From: Candidatus Eiseniibacteriota bacterium
GTDB lineage: Bacteria; Orphanbacterota; Orphanbacteria; Orphanbacterales; Orphanbacteraceae
Direction of reading: 5' to 3'
Length of the DNA: 50,980 nucleotides
NCBI GenBank assembly: GCA_043809585.1
Contig: JBDROZ010000036.1
Coordinates: forward strand, 1-50,980
Shown: piece by piece, positions 42,635-50,980 of the stretch
Layout: every line of letters starts with the position of its first letter
Position numbering within the stretch: position 1 is the first letter of the stretch
Position numbers and translations under genes: made by a program
Notes under the pieces: generated by a model
Told to the model about the DNA's origin: nothing
Database searches by the model: none
What the model saw: only the letters and a program-made list of their open reading frames with translations

Positions 42635-44508
42635 TGTGCGGAATCGCGGGGATCGCGGCGTGGGGGGCGGCCGAGCCTCCCTCGGAGGGGACGGTCCGCG
42701 CCCAGTGCGCCGTGCTCCGGCACCGGGGCCCGGACGGCGAGGGGGTCGTCGTCGAGGCGGGCGTCGGCCTCGGGATGACGCGGCTCGCCGTGATCGACGT
42801 CGAAGGCGGGGAGCAGCCGGTCTTCAACGAAGACCGCACGGTCCGGGTCGTCTACAACGGAGAGATCTACAACTACCGGGAGCTTCGGAGAGAGCTCGAG
42901 GCGAAGGGCCATCGCTTCCGAAGCGCCTCGGACACGGAGGTCATCGTTCATCTCTACGAAGAGGACGGGCACGGTTTCCCCGCCCGCTTGAGCGGCATGT
43001 TCGCCCTCGCCCTGCACGACACGAAACGAAAGCGCCTTCTCCTCGCCCGCGACGCGATCGGCGTCAAGCCCCTCTACTACGGTTTCGCGGGCGGGCGGAT
43101 TCTCTTCGCCTCCGAGGTGAAGGGGATCCTCGCCGCCGGCATCGTGCGGCCCACCCTCGACGTGGGCGCCCTCGCCGAGTTCCTCGCATGGGAGTACGTG
43201 CCGGCCCCCCGAACTCTGATGAAGGAGATCCGGAAGCTGGAGCCCGGATGTTCCCTCGACATCGACCTCGATTCGGGAGAGCGGACGGAGCGGCGGTGGT
43301 GGTCGATTCCCCCCGCGGGAGAGCGGGCGGCACGGACCGAAGCGGAGTGGGAAGAGGCGGTGGACGGGAAGCTCGCGGAGTGCGTCCGGCGCCAGCTCGT
43401 CAGCGACGTCCCCCTCGGCGCGCTCCTCTCGGGGGGAGTGGACAGCTCCCTCGTCGTCGCCGGAATGGACGGCGCCCGGACCTTCTCGATCGGCTTCGAG
43501 GACGAGACCTACGACGAGCGGAAGTACGCCGAGGCGGTGGCGGTCCATCTCGGGGCCTCCCACCGCTCGGAAGTGCTCCGCCCCGATCTGGCCGGGCTCT
43601 TCGACCGGCTCATGCCCCATCTCGACGACCCGATCGGCGATTTCTCCGTCTTCCCCACCTATCTCGTGTCGAGGCTCGCCCGGGAAGAGGTGACGGTGGC
43701 CCTCTCCGGCGACGGGGGGGACGAGCTCTTCGGCGGCTACGAAACGTACGTGGCGGAGGAGAAGGCGCGGACGTGGAAGCGTCTCCCCCGCTTCGTGCGA
43801 CGGGGCATCATCGAGCCGGCCATCGGGTCCCTCCGTCCGGGACCGCGGAAGAAGGGGTGGCGGAACAAGGCGATCCGGTTCGTCGAAGGCCTCGCTCACG
43901 ACGAAGCGCTCGGGCACGCGCGGTGGCGGCTCTTCGTGGGGGAGGCCCTCGGCCGCTCCCTCTTCAGCGACGAAGCGCGGAGGGCGATCGATACGCCCCC
44001 GGAGGCGCACATTCTCCGTCTCGCCGCGGAGGCGGGGGGACGGGACGCCGTCGACCGGGCCCTTTACATCGACACGAGAAGTTATTTGACCGATAATTGC
44101 CTCGTGAAGGTGGACCGCATGTCGATGGCCTGTTCCCTCGAAACGAGGGTGCCCTTCCTCGACACGGAACTCGTGGAGCTCGCCTTTTCCATGCCCTCGT
44201 CCCTCAAAGTGCGGGGGGGCGAAACGAAGCGCCTGCTCCGAAGGGTCGCCCGCCGCCACGTACCGGCATGGTGCGTGGACCGGCCGAAGGAGGGCTTCAG
44301 CATTCCGATCAAGCACATGCTCCGAAGCGAGCTGAAGCCGCTCATGACCGACCTCCTCTCCGAGGGGCGCATCGAGCGGGAAGGCGTCTTCCAGGTATCC
44401 GCGGTCCGGCGGCTCGTGGAGGAACATCTGAAGGGGGAGGCGAACCACAGTCACGCGCTCTGGTCCCTCATGGTTTTTCACGATTGGCGAACGAGGTGGT
44501 CCGTATGA
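42634..44508 (+). CDS. asnB: Asparagine synthase (glutamine-hydrolysing) family amidotransferase
   Basis: N-terminal MCGIAG, HRGPD, NGEIYN, SDTEV, LSGGVDSS, SGDGGDELFGGY and KVDRMSMA.SLE.RVPFLD. Confidence 0.95.
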   Translation: MCGIAGIAAWGAAEPPSEGTVRAQCAVLRHRGPDGEGVVVEAGVGLGMTRLAVIDVEGGEQPVFNEDRTVRVVYNGEIYNYRELRRELEAKGHRFRSASDTEVIVHLYEEDGHGFPARLSGMFALALHDTKRKRLLLARDAIGVKPLYYGFAGGRILFASEVKGILAAGIVRPTLDVGALAEFLAWEYVPAPRTLMKEIRKLEPGCSLDIDLDSGERTERRWWSIPPAGERAARTEAEWEEAVDGKLAECVRRQLVSDVPLGALLSGGVDSSLVVAGMDGARTFSIGFEDETYDERKYAEAVAVHLGASHRSEVLRPDLAGLFDRLMPHLDDPIGDFSVFPTYLVSRLAREEVTVALSGDGGDELFGGYETYVAEEKARTWKRLPRFVRRGIIEPAIGSLRPGPRKKGWRNKAIRFVEGLAHDEALGHARWRLFVGEALGRSLFSDEARRAIDTPPEAHILRLAAEAGGRDAVDRALYIDTRSYLTDNCLVKVDRMSMACSLETRVPFLDTELVELAFSMPSSLKVRGGETKRLLRRVARRHVPAWCVDRPKEGFSIPIKHMLRSELKPLMTDLLSEGRIEREGVFQVSAVRRLVEEHLKGEANHSHALWSLMVFHDWRTRWSV

Positions 44509-45959
44509 TCCGCCGGGACCCGAAAGGGGCCGTGAAACGCGATCACGATCTAATCGTCGTGGGGGGCGGGATCTACGGAGTCGCCGCGACCCTGGAGGCG
44601 GCGCGCCGCGGTCTCCGTCCGCTTCTCCTGGAGCGGAACGACTTCGGCGGCGCCACGAGCCGCAATTCCCTCGCCACGATCCACGGCGGTCTCCGTTACC
44701 TTCAGAACCTCGACATCAGGCGGTATCTCGAATCCACCGACGAGCGCCGCCGGTTTCTCCGGGAGTTCCCCGACCTCGTGGCCCCTCTCCCCTGCTTGAT
44801 GCCGCTCTACGGGAAGGGGACAAAGCGGCCCGGTCTCTTCCGGATCGCCAACGCGATGAACGAGGCGCTCTCGGCGGACCGGAACGAGGGGGTCCGGATA
44901 GACCGGCACCTCGGCAAGGGAGAGGTGATCGGGCCCGAGGAGACGATCCGCCGCTTTCCCGCGGTGCGCCGGAAAGGCCTGCGAGGGGGGGGCGTCTGGT
45001 GCGACGCCTCCACGGTCAACGCGCCGCGCCTCCTCCTGGAGATGCTGCGGTGGGCCGCGGCATGTGGCGGAGAGGCCTTGAACTACGTCGAAGCGACGGG
45101 TCTCGTCGAGAGGCGGGGGCGGGCGACGGGAATCGAGGCCGTCGATCGCCTGACCGGGGAGGCCCATGCCTATCGGGCGCGGGCGGTGCTGAACTGCTCG
45201 GGGCCTTGGTCCCGCGACGTCGCCTGCGCCTTCGACCGGGACGTTCCCGATCTCTTCCGCCCCTCCCTCGCGTTCAACGCTCTTCTCGATCGCGAGCCCC
45301 CTTCGGACCACGCCATCGCGGCGGCCCCGCCGGAGAAGGGGGGCCGCGTCTACTTCCTGATCCCGAGAGGGCGCCGGGTTTTCGCGGGCACCTACCACGC
45401 GTCCACGTCCGGCTCGGCCCGCTTGGCGGAAGTTCCGGACGAGGACCTTTCCCGCTTCCTGGGCGATCTGAACCGGGCGGTGCCCGAGTTCGGCGCCCGC
45501 AAGGCCCACGTTCTCCGGCTCTACGCGGGGCTCCTCCCGGTGCGGGAGAGAGAGACGGTCCACCTGGCGACGAGAGAGATCATCTACGACCACGGCGAGT
45601 CGGAAGGACCCCGGGGGCTTCTCTCCATTTCCGGAGTGAAGTACACGACGGCGCGCCTCGTGGCGGAGAAGGCCCTCGACAAGCTCTTCATGGGAGAGGA
45701 CGTGGATCTCCGCGTCCGGCCGGGCGCCGTCCGGCCCGAGCCCCTCGGCGGCATCGATCTCTCCTTCCCCGGCGAGTTGCTCGCGAAACCGGACTCCGAA
45801 GTCCTCCCCCCGCTCCGGCGTATCGTCGACGAGGAAGCGGTCGTCTACGTCGAGGACCTCGTCGACCGGCGCACCGATTGGGCCGCCGGGACGGCCGAGG
45901 GAGAGGCGTGCGCGGACAGGGTCGCCAGGCTCATTCCGGAACTTCCCCTCCGCCCTTGA
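44505..45959 (+). CDS. FAD-dependent oxidoreductase, glycerol-3-phosphate dehydrogenase (GlpD)-like
   Basis: DLIVVGGGIYG, DFGGATSRNS...IHGGLRYL, NCSGPW and GVKYTTAR..AE. Confidence 0.85.
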   Translation: MIRRDPKGAVKRDHDLIVVGGGIYGVAATLEAARRGLRPLLLERNDFGGATSRNSLATIHGGLRYLQNLDIRRYLESTDERRRFLREFPDLVAPLPCLMPLYGKGTKRPGLFRIANAMNEALSADRNEGVRIDRHLGKGEVIGPEETIRRFPAVRRKGLRGGGVWCDASTVNAPRLLLEMLRWAAACGGEALNYVEATGLVERRGRATGIEAVDRLTGEAHAYRARAVLNCSGPWSRDVACAFDRDVPDLFRPSLAFNALLDREPPSDHAIAAAPPEKGGRVYFLIPRGRRVFAGTYHASTSGSARLAEVPDEDLSRFLGDLNRAVPEFGARKAHVLRLYAGLLPVRERETVHLATREIIYDHGESEGPRGLLSISGVKYTTARLVAEKALDKLFMGEDVDLRVRPGAVRPEPLGGIDLSFPGELLAKPDSEVLPPLRRIVDEEAVVYVEDLVDRRTDWAAGTAEGEACADRVARLIPELPLRP

Positions 45960-46156
45960 CCCGCCCCTCACGGGATATCCTTCTTTCGCCCTCGGTAGAT
46001 CGCTCCTCCCCCGCCCGGCCGATCCCGGCGGTCTTGATGACCACCCTTCTCTCTACTCGGGCACCCGCTTCCGGTTCTGATCCGAGAGGCCCGAATGGCG
46101 ATTCGGCGGAGTGCCGCGGGCGCCCCCCTGTTCATATGTTTCACACAAGTGAACAT

Positions 46157-46207
46157 TTAATTTCTATCAATCGATCGCTTGACATGCCGATCCTCGGAGT
46201 GGATACT
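46157..46207 (+). promoter_or_regulatory. Sigma70 promoter with upstream FNR/Crp-like box for the cytochrome operon
   Basis: TTAAT-ttct-ATCAA (46157-46170; 1 mismatch to TTGAT-N4-ATCAA); TTGACA (46179-46184), 17 bp spacer, GATACT (46202-46207). Confidence 0.5.
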
Positions 46208-46390
46208 GGGGACGCCGTTTGACGATGGATGACCTCTCCAAGGGCAATTCCGGTAAGGAGTTGTCTGGTTCCGGGTGCCGGGCCGTGACCGGCGCCGGGG
46301 CGCTCCCCTTTCCTCCGGCTTCCGAACCCGGATCGAAGTCCAGATAGTCCGGAAGGACGTTCCGGCTCCCCATGGGAGAGGAGGCGATCA

Positions 46391-48187
46391 GTGCGGGCCT
46401 GTAGGATCCGGACGGCAGCGGCGGCGGCCCTCGCCTTCTTCGCCTTCGCGGGCGCGGCCCTTGCCCAATTTTCTCCCGGACCCCTCTCCATGGCCCACGA
46501 GAAGCTCGAGGGAACCCGGAACTGTCTGAAATGCCACGGCATGGACAAGAACGGTCCGATGGAAGCGCAGTGCCTCGCCTGTCACGAAGAGATCGCCTGG
46601 CTCATGGACCGGGAGCGCGGCCTGCACGGGAGAGACGTCGAGGAGTGTTCCCACTGCCACATGGAGCACGCGGGAAAGGACTTCGACCTCGTCGATCCGA
46701 AGGCCGTCGATCCGGAGCACTTCGACCACCGGACCGCCGGCTGGGTGCTCGCAGGAAAACATGGCGAACAAAAGTGCGGTGCCTGCCACAAGGCGGAGCT
46801 CCGCGTCTCTCCCGCGATCGCCCTCGCCCCCGCGCCCCTCGGCGGAGGCTCCTTCCTCGGCCTCGAGCGGGAGTGCCGGGCCTGCCACGAAGATCCCCAC
46901 AAGGACCGTTTCGGAAACAAGTGCGGCGAGTGCCACAAAGACACGGGTTTCCACGACGTCGATCGGAAGGCCTTCGATCACGATCGCACCCGGTATCCGC
47001 TCCGGGGCGCCCACGCCCGGGCCGAGTGCGCTCTCTGCCACGACGAGACCAAGGCCTGGGGCGTCCGGCCGGCCTTCGAGACTTGTTCCGGGTGTCACGG
47101 TGAGGCCCACGGGACCCAGCTCGCCGCGGGCGGAGGCGCCTCCGATTGCTCCGCCTGCCACGACGTCGAGCGGTTCCGTCCCTCCACGTTCACCGCCGCC
47201 CGTCACGGAGAGACGGTCTTCCCCCTCCGGGGCCGCCATTCCGGAGTCCCGTGCGACAAGTGCCATCCCAAGCACCCGTCCGGAGTCCCCGCCGCCGTGG
47301 TGGGCCGCTCGGGCGTGCACCTCCGGCCCGGCTACGACCGGTGCGCCGCCTGTCACGCCGACGCGCACCGGGGCGAGCTCTCCCACCGCCCGGATCGGGG
47401 CGCGTGCGAATCGTGCCATTCCGTCGACGGATGGAGGCCGAGCCTCTACACCGTGGAGCAACACCGGACCCTCTCCTTTCCCTTCGACGGTCGTCACGCC
47501 GAGGCGAAGTGCGCCGCCTGCCACCGGGCGGGGGGCGATGAGGGGGGGGGTGGGACGGGGCTCCGCTTCGAAGATGAATCGTGCACCGCCTGCCATATGG
47601 ATCCCCATGCCGGGCGGTACGCCGCCGCGGCCCCCGCCGGCGAGAAGCGCTTCTCCTGCGTGGACTGTCACGAGTTCTCGGGGTTCCGCCCGGGCACGGT
47701 GGACGCGAGGAACCACGACCGTTTCCGGTTCGCCCTCGAGGGGGCCCACCGCGCCACGGCCTGCTTCGAATGCCACGGGAGTCTCGAGCCTTCCCCCGCC
47801 GGCGACCGGCCGACGATCCTTCCCGCGGTCTGGACCTCCGAGCCCATTCAATTCACCGCGAACCACGATCGATGCCGGGATTGCCACGACGATCCCCACC
47901 GGGCCCAGTTCGAAGGGGATTGCGCCCGCTGCCACGACACGGCCCGCTTCCGGCCCGCCGCCCGGTTCGTCCATGACCGGGACTCGAAGTTCCCTCTCGC
48001 GGGGGCCCACGCCAAAGTCGCCTGCGACAAGTGCCATCCCGCCGCCGCCGGGCCGGACGGGGAGGCGGCGGTGACCTACAAACCGACGCCCGTGAAGTGC
48101 GAAGCGTGCCACGCCGGAGGAATCGAACCTCTCGATGCCGCGGCGCCGGGCGGGGAAGCCCGATCGCCCGGGAGGATCTCCGGATGA
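46391..48187 (+). CDS. Multiheme c-type cytochrome (20 CxxCH)
   Basis: Signal peptide ending ALA|QFSPGPLS; 20 CxxCH motifs counted; triheme repeat F.H...F.L.G.H....CxxCH. Confidence 0.93.
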   Translation: MRACRIRTAAAAALAFFAFAGAALAQFSPGPLSMAHEKLEGTRNCLKCHGMDKNGPMEAQCLACHEEIAWLMDRERGLHGRDVEECSHCHMEHAGKDFDLVDPKAVDPEHFDHRTAGWVLAGKHGEQKCGACHKAELRVSPAIALAPAPLGGGSFLGLERECRACHEDPHKDRFGNKCGECHKDTGFHDVDRKAFDHDRTRYPLRGAHARAECALCHDETKAWGVRPAFETCSGCHGEAHGTQLAAGGGASDCSACHDVERFRPSTFTAARHGETVFPLRGRHSGVPCDKCHPKHPSGVPAAVVGRSGVHLRPGYDRCAACHADAHRGELSHRPDRGACESCHSVDGWRPSLYTVEQHRTLSFPFDGRHAEAKCAACHRAGGDEGGGGTGLRFEDESCTACHMDPHAGRYAAAAPAGEKRFSCVDCHEFSGFRPGTVDARNHDRFRFALEGAHRATACFECHGSLEPSPAGDRPTILPAVWTSEPIQFTANHDRCRDCHDDPHRAQFEGDCARCHDTARFRPAARFVHDRDSKFPLAGAHAKVACDKCHPAAAGPDGEAAVTYKPTPVKCEACHAGGIEPLDAAAPGGEARSPGRISG

Positions 48188-50980
48188 TGCGCCGAACTCT
48201 TCGATTCACGGTCCCCTTCGCCGCCGCGGTCCTCGCGGGATTCCCTCTCCTCGGCGGACATGCGGGCGCGGAGGGGGAGAAAGCGGAAGGCTACCCGCAC
48301 GGGGAGTACCGGGGAGAGTGCGAACTCTGCCACGCTCCGACGGCGTGGAAGCCGCTTCGCTTCGCGGAACGGTGGAGCCACGACGACTTCGGATTCCCCC
48401 TCGAAAGCGCCCACCAGGACCTGGACTGCGCCCGGTGCCACCGCTCTCTCGACTTCACCGTCGCCAGCCACGCCTGCATCGACTGCCACCAGGACATCCA
48501 TCAAGGGGAGTTCGGGCTCGAGTGCGCCCGCTGTCACGGCCCCCGGGACTTCCGGGACCGGTCGTCCTTCGTTCTCGCCCATCGGATCACCCGGTTCCCC
48601 CTCACCGGGGCCCACGCCAGCGCCGAATGCGAGGCGTGCCACGCCGGCGAGAGCGAGGACCGTTCCCGATTCGTGAACACCCCCGTCGAGTGCGAGGCGT
48701 GCCACCGTTCCGAGTACGATGCGACCACGGATCCAAACCACGAAGCGGCGGCGTTCCCGGCCGACTGTTCCTCCTGCCACGAGACGACCGGTTGGCCGGG
48801 CGCCGGCTACGACCACTCCTTCTTCCCCTTGGAGGGGGGGCACGGGGGGCTCTCCTGTTCCTCCTGTCACGGCGACGCGCCCTACGAGGAGACCTCCGCC
48901 GCCTGCCTCTCCTGCCACGGAGACGACTACGACGGGGCCTTCGAACCGGACCATTCGGCGGGGTTCCCCACGGAGTGCACGGTGTGCCATTCGACGGCCC
49001 GGTGGGAGGGCGCCGACTTCGGACACGAGTCATTCCCCCTCGAGAAGGGGCACGCCGGCGTCCTTTGCGCCACCTGTCACGAAGGCGTAGGTTTCGAGGA
49101 GACGCCCGTGGATTGCTACGCCTGCCACCGGGACGACTTCGACGGGACCGCGGATCCCCGTCACGAGGACGCCGGTTTCCCCACCGACTGCGCCACCTGC
49201 CACGAGACGGAAACGTGGCCGGGCGCCCTGTTCGATCACACCCACTTCCCCTTGGAGGGGGGGCACGGGGGGGCCGCCTGCGCCACGTGCCACGGCGACG
49301 CCCCGTACGAGGCGGCTTCGCCCGAGTGCTACTCGTGTCACGCGGTCGACTACGAGGGCGCGTCCGATCCCGACCACGGCGCCGGGTTCCCGACCGACTG
49401 CGCCCGATGCCATACGACCGCCGCCTGGGGCGGCGCCCTCTTCGAGCACATGACCTTCGCGCTCACCGGCGCCCACGGCACGGCCGACTGCTCCGGCTGC
49501 CACGGCGACGGCGTGTTCGAGGGAACGGCGGGGGAGTGCGCCCTCTGCCATCAGGAAGAGTTCGCCGCCACCACGAATCCCGACCACGGGGCCGCCGGTT
49601 TCGGGACCGATTGCGCCACCTGCCACGAGACGGAAACGTGGCCGGGCGCCCTGTTCGATCACACCCACTTCCCCTTGGAGGGGGGGCACGGGGGGGCCGC
49701 CTGCGCCACGTGCCACGGCGACGGTCCGTTCGAGGCGACCTCCCCCGACTGCTATTCGTGCCACGCCGCCGACTACGGTGCGGCGTCCGATCCCGACCAC
49801 GGCGCCGGGTTCCCGACCGACTGCGCCCGGTGCCACACTACCGCCGCATGGGAGGGGGCGGAGTTCGGGCACACCGCGTTCGCCCTGACCGGCGCCCACG
49901 GGACGGCCGACTGCTCCGGGTGTCACGGCGGCGGCGTGTTCGAGGGGACGACGAACGACTGCGCGTCGTGCCACATGGAGGAGTACGCCGGGACCGCCAA
50001 CCCGAACCACGGGAGCGCCGGATTCGGGACCACGTGCGCCGGCTGTCACAACACGGCGGGGTGGGCATCGTCGGGCAGCGTCGACCACGGGTTCTTCCCG
50101 CTCACGGGCGTGCACGGCGGACTTTCGTGCAACGCCTGCCACGGCGACGGCGTCTACGAAGGGACATCGGCGGAGTGTTCGATCTGCCACATCGAGGATT
50201 ACGACGGCGCGGCGGACCCGGACCACCGGGCGGGCCTCTTCCCCACCGACTGTCTTCTCTGTCACGACATGGGCGGCTGGCCGGGGGCGACCTTCGACCA
50301 CTCGTTCTTCGCCCTCTCCGGCGGCCACTCGGGACTGACGTGCGGCTCCTGCCACGCCGGAGGCATCTTCCAAGGGACCTCTCCGGACTGTTACGAGTGC
50401 CACCAGGCCGACTACGAGTCGACGACCGATCCGAACCATGTCGCCGCCGGCTTCCCGACCGACTGCGCCCAGTGCCATGACATCAACGGCTGGCCGGGGG
50501 CGACCTTCGACCACTCGTTCTTCGCGCTCAGCGGCGGTCACTCGGGCCTGGGGTGCGGCTCCTGCCACGCCGGAGGCATCTTCCAAGGGACCTCTCCGGA
50601 CTGTTACGAGTGTCACCAGGCCGACTACGAGTCGACGACCAATCCGAACCATGTCGCCGCGGGGTTCCCGACCGACTGCGCGGCGTGCCATGACATCAAC
50701 GGCTGGCCGGGGGCGACATTCGACCACTCGTTCTTTGCACTTAACGGCGGGCACTCGGGACTGACGTGCGGTTCCTGCCACGCAGGCGGCATCTTCCAAG
50801 GGACCTCTCCGGACTGTTACGAGTGTCACCAGGCCGACTACGAGTCGACGACCAATCCGAATCACGCCGGCGCGGGGTTCCCGACCGACTGCGCGGCGTG
50901 CCAAGACATCAACGGCTGGCCGGGGGCGACCTTCGACCACTCGTTCTTCGCCCTCTCCGGCGGCCCCTCGGGGCTCACGT
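48184..50980 (+). CDS. Very large multiheme c-type cytochrome (at least 36 CxxCH), truncated at window end; missing from ORF track
   Basis: ATG overlaps the previous stop; signal peptide MMRRTLRFTVPFAAAVLAGFPLLGGHAGA; open frame to the end; 36 CxxCH plus a final CAACQ by manual translation. Confidence 0.92.
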   Translation, partial: MMRRTLRFTVPFAAAVLAGFPLLGGHAGAEGEKAEGYPHGEYRGECELCHAPTAWKPLRFAERWSHDDFGFPLESAHQDLDCARCHRSLDFTVASHACIDCHQDIHQGEFGLECARCHGPRDFRDRSSFVLAHRITRFPLTGAHASAECEACHAGESEDRSRFVNTPVECEACHRSEYDATTDPNHEAAAFPADCSSCHETTGWPGAGYDHSFFPLEGGHGGLSCSSCHGDAPYEETSAACLSCHGDDYDGAFEPDHSAGFPTECTVCHSTARWEGADFGHESFPLEKGHAGVLCATCHEGVGFEETPVDCYACHRDDFDGTADPRHEDAGFPTDCATCHETETWPGALFDHTHFPLEGGHGGAACATCHGDAPYEAASPECYSCHAVDYEGASDPDHGAGFPTDCARCHTTAAWGGALFEHMTFALTGAHGTADCSGCHGDGVFEGTAGECALCHQEEFAATTNPDHGAAGFGTDCATCHETETWPGALFDHTHFPLEGGHGGAACATCHGDGPFEATSPDCYSCHAADYGAASDPDHGAGFPTDCARCHTTAAWEGAEFGHTAFALTGAHGTADCSGCHGGGVFEGTTNDCASCHMEEYAGTANPNHGSAGFGTTCAGCHNTAGWASSGSVDHGFFPLTGVHGGLSCNACHGDGVYEGTSAECSICHIEDYDGAADPDHRAGLFPTDCLLCHDMGGWPGATFDHSFFALSGGHSGLTCGSCHAGGIFQGTSPDCYECHQADYESTTDPNHVAAGFPTDCAQCHDINGWPGATFDHSFFALSGGHSGLGCGSCHAGGIFQGTSPDCYECHQADYESTTNPNHVAAGFPTDCAACHDINGWPGATFDHSFFALNGGHSGLTCGSCHAGGIFQGTSPDCYECHQADYESTTNPNHAGAGFPTDCAACQDINGWPGATFDHSFFALSGGPSGLT
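50275..50980 (+). repeat. 213-bp coding tandem repeat (71-aa triheme unit), 3.3 near-identical copies
   Basis: GGCTGGCCGGGGGCGAC recurs at 50275, 50488, 50701 and 50914. Confidence 0.9.

Noticed and set aside
49030-50940. Long antisense and alternative-frame ORFs (e.g. 49030-50940, 48135-50480, 11080-12729, 22377-24749, 42577-44481)
   Set aside because: Shadow ORFs typical of high-GC DNA. They are Arg/Pro/Gly-rich and overlap well-supported genes.
50275-50980. CRISPR or non-coding tandem array
   Set aside because: The units are 213 bp, in frame, have no unique spacers and encode heme-binding repeats.
50890-50980. Degenerate heme motifs (CAACQ; GGP instead of GGH) as a functional variant
   Set aside because: Both are single-base changes in the last 90 bp of the window, so low-quality contig-end sequence is more likely.

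Overview
High-GC bacterial chromosomal window (roughly 65-70% GC by eye). FlgD-Ig/T9SS-CTD-like secreted proteins and huge multiheme cytochromes suggest an FCB-associated lineage such as Ca. Eisenbacteria/Krumholzibacteriota (inference only). From left to right: (1) secreted and lipoprotein genes, including a sulfatase-like hydrolase and a lipoprotein that looks like a circularly permuted FlgD-Ig/CTD domain; (2) a CzcCBA/CusCBA-type heavy-metal RND efflux operon led by a His-rich ORF ending in a RAPP arrest motif; (3) a Tat lipoprotein phosphodiesterase, then a Cys/Pro-rich leader ORF and an unannotated 53-aa secreted Cys-rich peptide; (4) a small secreted peptide gene directly upstream of a TPR-sigma54 enhancer-binding protein, where the mature peptide and the N-terminal TPR region share a sharply bounded low-GC cassette. 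This is a candidate peptide-signalling/kin-specificity system and the top finding; (5) a MalT-like STAND-TPR-BTAD regulator; (6) a putatively sigma54-driven HK/RR/HD-GYP/STAS/MshEN-PilB type IV filament cluster; (7) a glycosylation cluster whose epimerase is frameshifted at a C10 tract; (8) a 20-heme cytochrome and a truncated cytochrome with at least 36 hemes built from expanding 213-bp triheme repeats. There are also three copies of a ~183-bp CTAG-bounded MITE-like element with covarying nested hairpins. No rRNA, tRNA, CRISPR array or transposase was seen.
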